This document shows positions 36,836-49,285 of a stretch of 64,000 nucleotides of DNA, one piece after another. The translations under genes were made by a program, and so were the position numbers. How positions within the stretch are numbered: position 1 is the first letter of the stretch; each line of letters begins with the position of its first letter. Source of the DNA: Eledone cirrhosa (Eukaryota); assembly GCA_964016885.1 (NCBI GenBank), contig OZ024742.1, positions 145,948,001 through 146,012,000 on the forward strand, written 5' to 3'. The notes under the pieces were generated by a model. The model did not search any database and was not told the DNA's origin. It was given only the letters and a program-made list of their open reading frames with translations.

Positions 36836-37640
36836 GTTATACTTGGGGAGGGTCATATTTGTGTAATATTGCCAGAATTAATAACAGAACACACTCACTG
36901 TTTGGTTGGTTTTCGCTTCTGTGTCTTTTATACGGTAATCTAATTTATTCGGTCCTCAATGTTGCCATTGACTGACCAAGGGTAAAAAATAATACAGATA
37001 CAATATAGACACAAACACATATATATAGTTTATCAAAGTTCTTTCGTTGCACATCTGCAACATCGTCAGTGGTGCTATTGTTTCCTCCCGTTACATTGTA
37101 TGTCTACGCCATTTTTATTTAGTCTGTTTATATATTTATTTATTTGTTTGTTTGTTTGTTTATTTTATTTTGTCTTCTTTGCACATGCGTTTGTGTGTGT
37201 GTATAGTGTTTTGTTTGATGTGTGTTCGTGATTGGGTGACTGTGTATTGATTAATATATTCTATCTTTACTAGTGTGTGTTTATATGTGTTTGTTGTTAT
37301 TGTGCTTGTGTATGTATTTATTTATTTATTTATCTAGTTATTTATTTATACTTCTCTTAGGTCAGTGTTGTTTGTTTGGGTGTTGTTGTTATTCCATTCA
37401 TTCTGTCTGTTTAGCCTTGGTCTTCTAATTTCTATTTCACTGGCCTCTCTGATTGCCTACCTGCTGGGTCATTTCTATGTTGTCTATGTTACCGTCGTGT
37501 TGTTGTCTAGCATGTTCGTATAGTGTGTTCTGTTATTAATTCTGGCAATATTACACAAATATGACCCTCCCCATGTATAACAATATTTGTTTCGACACAC
37601 GATTTCATATCAAAAACCTTGCAAAACTAATTCATCGCCG
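36834..37640. mobile_element. Second insertion of the Neptune-type PLE 3' end (inverted 690 bp plus short direct end with tail)
   Basis: 36834-37523 matches 28097-28825; 37524-37630 matches 30181-30290. Inserted in (TA)n. Confidence 0.9.
37025..37078 (-). ncRNA. Type I hammerhead ribozyme motif (third Neptune copy)
   Basis: Same sequence as 28296-28349. Confidence 0.75.
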
Positions 37641-37774
37641 TTATATATATATTTATATACACCTACATACATATATATATATATATTTATATACACCTAC
37701 ATACATATATATATATATTTATATATATTTATATACACCTACATTATATATATATGTATATATACATGTATATT

Positions 37775-38521
37775 CCTAGAGAGGAACGAAGCTTGCATGC
37801 TCCGCTGGATGTGTAACAGTAATATACGTGAACGGCAAAGCATAAACGAACTAAGGAAAAAATTAGAGATAAGAGGGATCAGATGTTGTTTACTCGAGAG
37901 AAGGCTACGTTGGTATGGACACGTGATGCGCATGAAAGTCGATAGCTGTATAACAAAGTGCAGGGCAATAAAGATAGACGGTAGTCACGGAATAGGCAGA
38001 CCTAGAAAAACCTGGGACGAGCTGATAAACTCCGACATCACACACTTACACCTCTCCAAGACAATGTCACTGGACCGAGACCTTTGGCGGTACTCAGTAA
38101 CAGAGAAGACCCGCCTTACCTAAATATATAGTAAAACCTACTCCAGCCAGTAGGCATCTCTAACAAAATACACCCCGTCCCACCACCACCACCCCCACCC
38201 GATCCACACCACCCCGTTCTATGTAAAGTTATGTTGGTGCCGCGCCATCGAGGCCGAAACAAATGAGATCGTGTAGGTGTCACGACAAAAAAACACACAG
38301 TCCACGCTGTAATGTGGCCGTGTAGGCAACACGGTAAAAACCTCCCAGACCCACACTGTAAATGTGGTTGGTGTTAGGAAGGGCATCCAACTGTAGAAAA
38401 CCTGCCAGACAGTCCTATGCGAGCAAGACAATCACTCTTGCCTCAAGTGGGACTACCCCCGTCCAAACCCATGCAAGCGTGGAACACGGACGTTAAACGT
38501 TGATGATGATGATGATGATGA
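37775..38521 (+). mobile_element. RTE family B 3' fragment, inverted near-identical partner of 34695-35440
   Basis: LERNEACMLRWMC..EKTRLT*, 3' UTR and (GAT)n. Shares KVDS, HGIGRP and DITHLH variants with the minus-strand copy. Confidence 0.95.
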
Positions 38522-38732
38522 TACATATATATATATACATACACATACACCTACATACATATATATGTATATATACATATATATATATACATACACATAC
38601 ATACATATATATATATTTATATACACCTACATACATATATATACACATACACCTACATACATATATATATATATTTATATACACCTACATACATATATAT
38701 ATATATTTATATATATTTATATACACCTACAT

Positions 38733-38776
<44 letters not shown>

Positions 38777-39629
38777 CATACACATACACCTACATACCTA
38801 TATATATATTTATATATAGATACACCTACATACATATATATATACACCTACACATATATATATACACCTACATATATATACACCTACATATATATATATA
38901 CACCTACATATATATATATATACTCCTACATATATATATATATACACCTACATATATATATATATACACCTACATATATATATATATACACCTACATATA
39001 TATATATATACACCTACATATATATATATACACCTACATATATATATATACACCTACATATATATATATATACACCTACATATATATATATATACACCTA
39101 CACATATATATATATACACCTACACATATACATATACACCTACACATATACATATACACCTACATATATATATATACACCTACATATATATATATACACC
39201 TACATATATATATATACACCTACATATATATATATACACCTACATATATATATATACACCTACATATATATATATATATATATATATATACACCTACATA
39301 TATATATATACACACCTACATATATATATATATACACCTACATATATATATATATACACCTACATATATATATATATACACCTACATATATATACACCTA
39401 CATATATATACACCTACATATATATATATTCACCTACATATATATATATATACTCCTACATATATATATATATACTCCTACATATATATATATATACTCC
39501 TACATATATATATATATACTCCTACATATATATATATATACTCCTACATATATATATATATAGTAATAATAATATATATATATATACACACCTCTATATA
39601 TATCTTTACATACCTATACACAGACACAC

Positions 39630-39663
<34 letters not shown>
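38522..39663. repeat. Minisatellite [TACACCTACA(TA)n], drifting to TACTCCTACA near the end
   Basis: Directly visible. Confidence 0.95.
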
Positions 39664-39665
<2 letters not shown>

Positions 39666-39666
<1 letters not shown>

Positions 39667-39732
39667 TTATACTTGGGGAGGGTCATATTTGTGTAATAAT
39701 ATTGCCAGAATTAATAACAGAACACACTCACT
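39666..39732 (-). mobile_element. Tiny third fragment of the Neptune PLE terminus
   Basis: gttatacttggggagggtcatatttgtgtaat..aacacactcact starts at the same nucleotide as the copies at 28098 and 36836. Confidence 0.85.
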
Positions 39733-40186
39733 CACATACATATATATATATGTATCTATGTCTCAGTCAATATATACAACATATTTTGAGAGCAATGTGG
39801 TTATCATAGCAACCATTAGAAGCTATTTTCTAATTATAGCTCCATTCATCAAATCATACATTTCTTCAATTGTACCGACAGATAGAGAATCAGGTCTGAC
39901 TTGCTCACTTACCTAAAAAATAAATGATTGCTAAAACTTGTTAAATGATGTTGAATGGCAGCAATTTGGCAGAATTGCTAGAACATAGGACAAAATATGT
40001 TGAGGTATTTGTTCAACATTGCCTTTTATTCCTTCAGAGTCAATAAAATGAAGTACATGTCCAGAGTGTGGATAGGCAGAATTGTTAGAATATCAAATGA
40101 AGTGCCTTGTGCTATTTGTTCTAAGTCCTTGTGTTCTGAGTTTCAAATCCCACTGCAGCCTACATACATGCTAGACATAATCAATT

Positions 40187-41114
40187 GACTGGTTTAACAG
40201 CCCTAACTGGCCCTGGGATGCTTTTAGTGCGGTCCCATCTGTTGCAAGCATTTGAGACAGGTTCTGTATCATGACAACTGATGGCAACATCCAGTTGCAC
40301 GTGCAGTGACAGCTAGCAGTGACCTTCATACGCCAGTATGCTGAGTGACATTGCTTTGTTCACTTTGCAAGTTGTGAAATTTGTGTTTTTGTGACCATGC
40401 TGTAACCTGCAATTTTGTCATGAACAGGAAGTTGGAACAAAGAGCCAACCAAAATTTTGGATTCAACTTGGGAAGTCTGCTACAGAGACATTGAGGGAAA
40501 GCCCTGGCAAACAGTGGAAAAGATCATCTCCATGACTAAAGAAGGCATGACAGAACTGCCACTCAATCAACAGCATGCTTATCATTTTTTTTTGACATCC
40601 ATTGTATTGTGCATCGAGAATTCATCCCCCAGAGCTAGACTCTCAATCAAGAGTTCTACTACTGCATTGTGTTGAGGTATTTCAGGGAGGACATTCGGTG
40701 AAAGTGACCAGATCTGCAGAGCACAAAAAATTGAATTCTTCACGACGACAATGCACCCAGTCACAGAGCTCTCCTCACTCATGAGTTTCTTGCCAAAAAC
40801 AACATTCTATCGCTTTTGCACCCACCCTATTCACCAGATTTAGCACCTGCAGACTACCATCTCTTCTCCAAGCTGAAAATGCAGCTCAAAGGTTGCCATT
40901 TTTACACTGTTGTTACGATCCAGAGTGAATTGCAGAGGTCCTCAACTTGCTTACGGAAAACGACTTCCTGGCCAGATTCCAAAAGTGGCAGGAACGCTGA
41001 GACTGGTATAAGGTGACTATTTTGAAGGAGATGAGGCGATGATGTTAAAACTTAGGTAAATATATATTTTTTTTAAACATGACTAGTCTGGGAACTTTTT
41101 GATACCACCTTGTA
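40187..41114 (+). mobile_element. Degenerate mariner (DD34D) transposon with a right TIR
   Basis: ILHDDNAPSH near 40735, HPPYSPDLAPADYHLFSKLK in ORF 40816..41016, and right TIR gtctgggaactttttgataccaccttgTA at about 41086-41114. Confidence 0.88.
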
Positions 41115-41137
41115 TAGATATACACATATATACCTAT

Positions 41138-41176
<39 letters not shown>

Positions 41177-41559
41177 TACATACTGTAAAGTGGTCATGTA
41201 GGTGTCATGACAAAATGCACCCAGTCCACTCTGTAAAGTGGTCATGTAGGCGTCACAACAAAAAACACCCAGTACTCACTGTAAATGAGGTTGGCATTAG
41301 GAAGGGCATCCATCTGTAGAAACCAAGCCAAAATCAGTTCTGTATAAGCAAAGCATGGTCACCTGACCTAGCATTGCCCATAACAGGACAACTCATTTAA
41401 CTTATGCTAGCGTGGAAGAATGGATGTAAAATGGTGATGATGATGATGATACATACATATACACATGATGGTGATTATGATACATATATATATATACATA
41501 TCCGTATTTGTGTGTGACGTGGCAGCGGAGTCAGTCAAATCCCCCTGCCCCATCACAAA

Positions 41560-42170
41560 CACAAATAGAACAAGTAACCAACTAGTGACAAGTAGAAATA
41601 ATCCTGTCAAATGATGCATCTATCACTAAATACACCACCAAACTGACTTCTAATGGCAAACATCTCATAGGATGGATCCTAGTAACCTCCATAACAAGAG
41701 AACCAGTGGTTATGCTGACTGTATGGAAAATCTTAGTTCTGAGCAGATTAGATTACTGTTCACAGCTTTGGTCTCACTGAAGAAATTGAAGAGTTACAGA
41801 TTGTGTTCACCCATAAAATAATTTTGGTCAAAAAGTCTTAATTACTGGGAACATCTGAAAATTCTGCAAATCTACTCTCATGAACAATGGAGATATATAT
41901 ATATATATATGGTTATATATGTATGGAAGATTATGGAGGATCATATTCCAAGCTTTAGTTTTAAAGAAAAATTTAATGCTTGAACTGGTAGATATTGCCA
42001 ATTTCGAAATATGCCACCTTTGAAATCGCAATTAAAAACACTATTGTATAAGTTAGAGCACCTCAAGTGTTCAACTGTGTCCCTAAATAAATCAGAAATA
42101 AAATATTTGAACCAGCCAGCTATTCAAGGATAGACTACAGGAAGATCAGCTGGTCCAAACACAATTAGGG
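41560..42170 (+). mobile_element. Old CR1/Jockey-group LINE 3' remnant
   Basis: GWILVTSITREPVVMLTVWKILVLSRLDYCSQLWS at about 41670-41775, then NYWEHLKILQIYS..YVWKI. Confidence 0.7.
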
Positions 42171-42616
42171 TTCACCTAGTCATAAAACTTTAACAAAACA
42201 GAAAAAATAAATTAGGGCAGTGCACCAGCTGCAGTCTAACGCCTGAAACCATTAAAAGAATAAAAAATAAAATAATTATATAAATGTATGTATATGTGTA
42301 CATTATCATTTAATGTCTGCTAAGCAAAGGTTGGATGGATTTACGTTGACCAAATCAGGGCTACTGACCTCCCAGACAGGCCGGGGGAAGAGGTAGGGTC
42401 TACATATTGCTTACATAAGGTATGATGTTCTACTGAGAGCACAAGAGAGGTTGTCATGTCTTTGATATAACTGAAGAGTCTTCCCAACCCTTTGGCAAGC
42501 TTTCTATGGTTGGATGACTTTCCTATCCTTTCCTATCACCAACCAACTTACAGTATGACTGGGTGTGTTTATCATGTAGATCACCAATATGCATGTATGT
42601 ATAGGTATATATATGT

Positions 42617-42880
42617 GGAGGCACGTGGCCTAGTGTTAAGGGTGTTGGACTTACAATCATAATGTTGTGGGTTCGATTCCTGGGTTGCATGTTGTGTTTT
42701 TGTGCAAAACACTTCATTTCACGTTGCTCCAGTATACTCAGCTGAAAATGAGTATCAGCAATAGCTGGGTGTTTAATCCTGCGATGGATTGGTGTCCTGT
42801 ACTCTCAGTTGCGTCACGCCATGAAACCGGAATAAGCACCAGCCAAATGAGCCTTCTAGCTTAAGACAGACTTTAGACAG
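42617..42880 (+). mobile_element. tRNA-derived CORE-like SINE
   Basis: ggaggcacgtggcctagtgtt, ggttcgattcc, CORE-like segment. Related copies at about 50528-50800 and 51318-51435. Confidence 0.75.
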
Positions 42881-42908
42881 GTATACACACACACATATCT
42901 CTCACATA

Positions 42909-42956
<48 letters not shown>

Positions 42957-43291
42957 GGAGGCATATGGCTTAGAGCAGTGGCCTTGCAATCGAAAGGTTG
43001 TGAGTTCAATTCTCGGACCGGGTGATGTGTTGTTTCCTTGAGCAAGACACTTTATTTCACATTGCTCCAGTTTACTCAGCTGTAGAAATGAGATGATAGG
43101 GACTGGGGTCCATATCATTCCACTGCAAAGTGGTCGTGGAGGTGCCACGGCAAAAAAAGCACCCAGCACTCACTGTAAATGAGGTTGGTGTTAGGAAGGG
43201 CATCCAGCTGTAGAAATCAAGCCAGAATCAGTTCCCGTCCCACCCTTGCAAGCAGGGAAAAGCGGACGTAAAATGATGATGATGATGATGA

Positions 43292-43295
<4 letters not shown>
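42957..43295 (+). mobile_element. tRNA-derived CORE-like SINE with an RTE family A tail
   Basis: Head ggaggcatatggcttag, B-box gagttcaattc, CORE-like ccttgagcaagacactt..ctcagctgtagaaatg, tail cccgtcccacccttgcaagcagggaaaagcggacgtaaaatgatgat. Confidence 0.88.
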
Positions 43296-43329
<34 letters not shown>

Positions 43330-43724
43330 CTTGCATAAAAGGCCATGCAGTGAGAGAGAACCTAGGGTTTAACAATTGCGAATCAACTTTATTAACCATT
43401 TGGCCATGCTACATTTCCATTCATTCAGTAATGGAAATTAAAGAAGGCAGTTTCTGGTTGTCTTGGAAGATTGCCACGAGGAGAATTGTCAGTCATGAGT
43501 GGTTTCAATGATGGAGTGAGCATGTATGTTAAAATATTAATGGTTGTGCTGTAGGTAGATTGAACATTATTAGCTAATACTTATAGTACTTACTTTGGTA
43601 AAACATCTGTTAACAATTAATGACATTTCTCATGTCAAAACTCCCATTGAGAGAGTGAGAAGGGGGGCAGAAAAGTACTGTATTTTTAAAGCAGATACTT
43701 GGAAGAAGTTTATATAAGCATGTA

Positions 43725-43767
<43 letters not shown>

Positions 43768-44012
43768 ATATATACACACACATACATCTATATAATATAT
43801 ATATATATATGTATATATGCATATCATCATCATATACATATATGTGTGGGGGTTTGTATACATACATACATATATATCTTTTTTTTATACACCCATACTA
43901 TGCTTAACGCTATCTTAGTGCTACTGCCAATTCTGCACTATATGTAAATGAGCATCTCCAGCAAATGTTCAATATAAGCTCTAGCTTATTTTCATCTCAG
44001 TACTGTTTGAGT

Positions 44013-44066
44013 GAGTGTCACTGATGAGAGATTAACAAATCTTGAAACAAATCTTGACTGACATTC
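44013..44066 (+). ncRNA. Type I hammerhead motif, probably inactivated (GAC instead of GTC at the cleavage triplet)
   Basis: GAGTGTCA-CTGATGA-GAGATT(AACA)AATCTT-GAAA-CAA(ATC)TTG-A-C-TGACATTC, inside a ~329-bp partial tandem unit (43886 and 44215). Confidence 0.6.
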
Positions 44067-44574
44067 TCAATGGCTACTAAGATATCTGTGACATGTTCAG
44101 CGAGTAAAAGTGAGAAAAATAATTTTTTCATAATGAAAAAAATATTTCTTCTTTGATAGCAAGGCTCTCATATGTTTATTGTACATAAACATAAACATAT
44201 AGTATATGCTTTCATATACACCACTATTATGTTTAATACTATCTTAGTGCTACTGCCAATTAAATATAACCAGCCAAGTTTGTACTATATGCAAATGAGC
44301 ATTTCCAGCTCATGTTTTTATATTTCTTATATGCAAATGAGTTCAAATCCTGCTAATTCTAACTTTGTCTTGCATCTTTTTGGGGTCAATAAATATAGTA
44401 CAAGTCCAATACTGGGGTTGATTCTTCTTCTTCCTCCTCCTCTCTCTCTCTCTTTCTTACACCCCTCCTCTCTCTAGAAGAAATCAGATATAATCAAACC
44501 TGAGGTTTAAAAATACTCAAGATACACCATATGTCACAATGACACAATTGATATAATTAAGTGTTATGTAATCA

Positions 44575-44845
44575 GTGTGCATGTGTGTATGTATGTTCTG
44601 ATTTTATAATTTTATAAATTTTTACCAATAGAGAGAGAATCGGTTTCTAACATAGACACAAGATATGTCTGCATGCATGTGTGTGTGTGTGTGCAGTATG
44701 GATGTCATTGTATGTGTGGATGTGTATGTTATGAGTTATATGAGTACATGTGTATATGTCTCGTATCTGTACACGTGTACATGCAGTTATTACATGCAGA
44801 ATTTTTGGAATGTTTTACATATTTTTACTGTTCCATTAATGGATT
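44575..44845 (-). mobile_element. 3' fragment of the R4/Dong-type element
   Basis: Matches 14010-14100 and 14145-14282. Confidence 0.8.
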
Positions 44846-44899
44846 TTGCTTTTAGTATGTATGTATGTATGTATGTTGAACATTATGTGACGAAGAGAG

Positions 44900-45500
44900 C
44901 TAGTTAGACTTGGAGATGAAAACAGTGCAATATATGGACACACAAGAGATGTAGATGATTGCAGGTAGGTTAATGGAAAATACAGACTATGTATGTAGCA
45001 GATGCACAGAAATAAAGACTAAGAGAGCATGTGAAATAGAGACCCTCAGTCGTCAGGGAGGCTCCATAGAAGTCATTGGTAGATTTTATTAGCTAGGTGA
45101 CCTAATCAGCAGTAGGGGAGGATGAACTGAAAGTCTGATAGCCAGGATCAGAACAGGTTGGAAGAAGTTTAGGCAACTGTTACCTCTGCTGGCAACAAAG
45201 GGCTTCTCTCTCAGAGTGAAGGGTAGGCTGTATGATGCCTGCATGCCAACTGCAATGCTACATAGCAGTGAAATATGGACCTTGACTGCAGAAGACACAT
45301 GAAGGCTAGAAAGAAATGAAGTGAGTATGCTCCGATGGACGTATAATGTTGGTGTGCATGAGTGACATAGCATGAGCAAATAGAGAGAACAACTAGGCAT
45401 ACTAATGGGAAGTAGTGTGCAAGAGAGAAGAGTGCATTGGTCTGGACATGTGATTTGTATGGAAGATGACAGGCGTATAAGAAAAATCCAGAGAATTCTC
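44900..45500 (+). mobile_element. Degenerate RTE LINE fragment
   Basis: RIRTGWKKFRQLLPLLATKGFSLRVKGRLYDAC..LERNEVSMLRW..WSGHV. Confidence 0.8.
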
Positions 45501-46194
45501 AATGCATTTCACACATATTCTTATATATATATTTTACATACATATGTACTAATCATATACATATTTAATGTCTATATCATAATCACCACCATTTTATGTC
45601 CATTTTCCCATGCTTGTATGGGTCTTTTCCAGCATAGTATCCCTCTTGTAGTTGCAATATATATATATATATATATCAACTAGAAATAGATTGACATATA
45701 TATATATATAAAATAAATACATGAAACAATCACAGGGAATAATTTGTAAAGAATGTAGTCACACATAGCTAGGTAGGTAACTAATTAAAGTTTGACTAGA
45801 ACTTCAAATATAGATACCTTTTAAAATGATTAATCTCCTTTGTATATATTTCTTTAAGTAAGAAATATATTTCACCTATTAATCAGTAAATCACAGCAGT
45901 TAAATATGCACGTATATATATATGTACATACGTACATATATATATATATATGTGTGCATGTATATATATATATACATACTACTGTACGTCTGTATACATA
46001 TATGTATGTACGTATACATACTTATATTTAAGTAACAGCCGTACTAAGAGTGAGAAATGAAATTTCGTTTCATTTTTTCCGTTTATCGTTTTCGGTACCC
46101 CGGCCGATTAACTCACTCAATATGCAAATTAGGCTGCTCAGCCGTTAATATGCATAAGGAAAGTATATACTTTCAGACGTTCAATCATCTGGCA

Positions 46195-46249
46195 GGAAGG
46201 TACACGTTGCTGACGATAGCTAATAAGCTTGAAACTAGTACAGAGTTCC
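46195..46249 (+). ncRNA. Minimal type I hammerhead ribozyme motif with a palindromic stem III
   Basis: GGAA..TTG-CTGACGA-T-AGCT(AATA)AGCT-T-GAAA-C(TA)G-T-A-CAG..TTCC; ACTAGT palindrome; GTA cleavage triplet. Confidence 0.6.
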
Positions 46250-46384
46250 TTTGTCAGTGTTGAACAAATGAGCAACGATGGTTGCTAGACACTGTATGGC
46301 TTAATTCGGGATCTTTGTTTACAAACACACCGAGCATTATAATAAATGTTTGGTGAATCCATACGTACATATATATATGCATGC

Positions 46385-46424
<40 letters not shown>

Positions 46425-46492
46425 TACTGTACGTCTGTATACATATATGTATGTACATACTTATATATATATACATACTTATATATATATAC

Positions 46493-46829
46493 ATCCCACC
46501 ACCTCCACCCCATCCACACCGCCCCTTTCAATGTACAGTTATGTTGGTCCCACAACATCCAGGCCGAAACAAATGAGATCGTGTAGGTGTCACGACAAAA
46601 AACACAGTCCACGCTGTAAATGTGGCCGTGTAGGCAACACGGTAAAAACCTCCCAGCCCCACACTGTAAATGTGGTTGGTGTTAGGAAGGGCATCCAACT
46701 GTAGAAAACCCGCCAGACAGTCCTATGCGAGCAAGACAACCACTCTTGCCTCAAGTGGGAAAACCCCCGTCCAAACCCATGCAAGCGTGGATCACGGACG
46801 CTAAACCTGATGATGATGATGATGATGAT
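46493..46829 (+). mobile_element. Isolated RTE family B 3' UTR with (GAT)n tail
   Basis: Matches 56765-57218 without the internal duplication. Confidence 0.9.
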
Positions 46830-46872
46830 ATATATTATTTTTATATATATATATATATCATCATACATATTA

Positions 46873-47066
46873 TGTCAGGTTGCTCTCGAGTGCTACTGGT
46901 AACATGTAACCCAGTACAACATGTCTCACGGTCGGGTCGTTGGTGACTAAACCGGCAACTCCACCAAGCTTGCTTGGTGAGGAGGGTGATATTTGGACAC
47001 CCTGCAGGATGAAATACAAGACCCCGCAAATGGCGGAGGAACTCAGCAGAGTCAATGGCCATCCAA
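46873..47066 (+). mobile_element. GC-richer structured fragment, probably an RTE-type 5' UTR
   Basis: Hairpins tactgg/ccagta, caccaagc/gcttggtg, agggtg/caccct. Shares agagtcaatggccatccaa with 33897-33915 (minus). Confidence 0.45.
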
Positions 47067-47507
47067 ATAGTATTTCTTTTTTTTTTTTGTGTTACGATAA
47101 AAGGAAGAAAGAAAAAATACTCAGTTATACAGAGAGGTTAAACTCCGAGGCATAAAATGATGAGGGCTGTCGTATTTTCCGTGGCAAACATTTGCACCAA
47201 AGTGTGGTTGGTCCTACACAGACCTTCACCACTTAAAACAAAACTTTGAGTGGGTAGTTCAACATCAGTTCACCTTCTCACATTTCAACTTTTGTTGGAC
47301 ACTCATATGTCAGATATCGATGGCAGAGTCCATCATATATCATCATCATCGTTTAATGTCCATTTTTCTATGCTTGCATGGGTCGTCCACATCGAGAGAC
47401 AGGTGTGGCCAGGTTTGTTCAACCGTACCTTGTTCTGACGGGACTGTAAAGTTGGCCACAATTTTTACAGCTTGATGCCATTCCTAACACCAACCATATA
47501 TATATAT

Positions 47508-47800
47508 ATGGCTTAGTGGTTAGACTGGGTGATGTGTTGTTTCCTTGAGCAAGACACTTTATTTCACATTGCTCCAGTTTACTCAGCTGTAGAAATGAGA
47601 TGATAGGGACTGGGGTCCATATCATTCCACTGCAAAGTGGTCGTGGAGGTGCCACGGCAAAAAAGCACCCAGCACTCACTGTAAATGAGGTTGGTGTTAG
47701 GAAGGGCATCCAGCTGTAGAAATCAAGCCAGAATCAGTTCCCGTCCCACCCTTGCAAGCAGGGAAAAGTGGACGTAAAATGATGATGATGATGATGATGA
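47508..47800 (+). mobile_element. CORE-like SINE with RTE family A tail, head internally deleted
   Basis: Near-identical to 43015-43295. Confidence 0.87.
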
Positions 47801-48232
47801 TATATGTATGTATGTATGTATCATCATCATCAGCATTTAACATGATGATAATGACATATGTGTTTGCATGATTAGGGGTTCCAACCTAGGTGACGGGGAA
47901 GTAAAAACTGTTAAAATAGGACAATTAGTATTACTATTGCTTCTACTACTATTACTACCACCAAACCATCTCTACCACTATACCACTATTACTACTACAG
48001 TAAGAGGATATAATTAATGATGGTAATATATCAATGAAGTAGGAGAGAGAGAAAGAGAGAGAAAAGAAGAGAGAGACTATATAGTAGAGTGTATAGTGCG
48101 TCAGTGTGATGTTGAGGGATAATTAGATGAAGAGCAACAAAGAATATAATCTGTAGACTAGAGGGTATTGCATTGGCAGCTGTACAGATTTCTTTCTACC
48201 CCAAGGGGAGAAACTAATAAAGAAAGGGGTTG

Positions 48233-48265
<33 letters not shown>

Positions 48266-49044
48266 AATATATACATACTTACACACACACACATGTATGT
48301 ATATATATATATATATATATATACATACACACGCATGCACACACATTTATATATATACACACATATATATACATACACACGCATGCACACACATTTATAT
48401 ATATACACACATATATACATTCATACACACACATACCTACATACACACACACGCACATACATATATATACACACATGGCAAGAGTGTAAGAAAGAGAAAG
48501 AGACAAATAGATAGATAGATAGGTAGGAAGAAAAATAGTGATAGATTGATACACAAATAGATAGGAATAGTGGTATCGATATATAAATAGGTAGAGAGAA
48601 ATATGGAAGAGAGAGAGAGTGAGTTTGAAAGGAAAAAAATGAAGTATATTTTCTACAGAAAAAAAAAAAAAAAAAAAAATCACAAATCTGTCCAATATTA
48701 TGCATCATCTTCAACAATTTCTCCTGGTCACGGCTGATATTAGATATTAGGTTAATGATGATAATGATGTTCAGAGTAACAAGATTTAGAATTTAAATGA
48801 CCTTACATTTGGGTCTAACATTGATTAGAAAACTTCATAATGAGAAACTTCCTTCTGCACTACAGATGGTGTCGAGATTAAATGTTGAGAACTGTAATCT
48901 GGTTCATGCTGATTAGCCTATGTTGTACTTCGTACTTTGTCTTTGCAACCCAATAAAGCAAGCAATGGAAAGTTTGAAATTTCAAGTCATGAATTTGTTC
49001 TAATCTTAATGCTGTGACAGTTACAATCCCAAGATACTCACAGG

Positions 49045-49285
49045 TACATATACACATATGCATGACACACACACACACACATATACATGTACACACACAT
49101 ATGCATGTACACACACATATGCATATACACACACACATGCATATACACACACATATGCATATACACACATATGCATATACACACATATGCAGGTACACAT
49201 ACATATGCTCATACAAATACATGCTTTCATATGCATGTACACACATATATGCATGTACACATACATATACATACATAGACATATA
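49045..49285. repeat. Compound CA/TA minisatellite (cacacatatgcat units)
   Basis: Directly visible; a similar tract lies at 48230-48475. Confidence 0.9.

Noticed and set aside
42957-43020. tRNA genes
   Set aside because: A/B boxes here and elsewhere belong to SINE heads followed by CORE- or Meta-like bodies; no complete cloverleaf.
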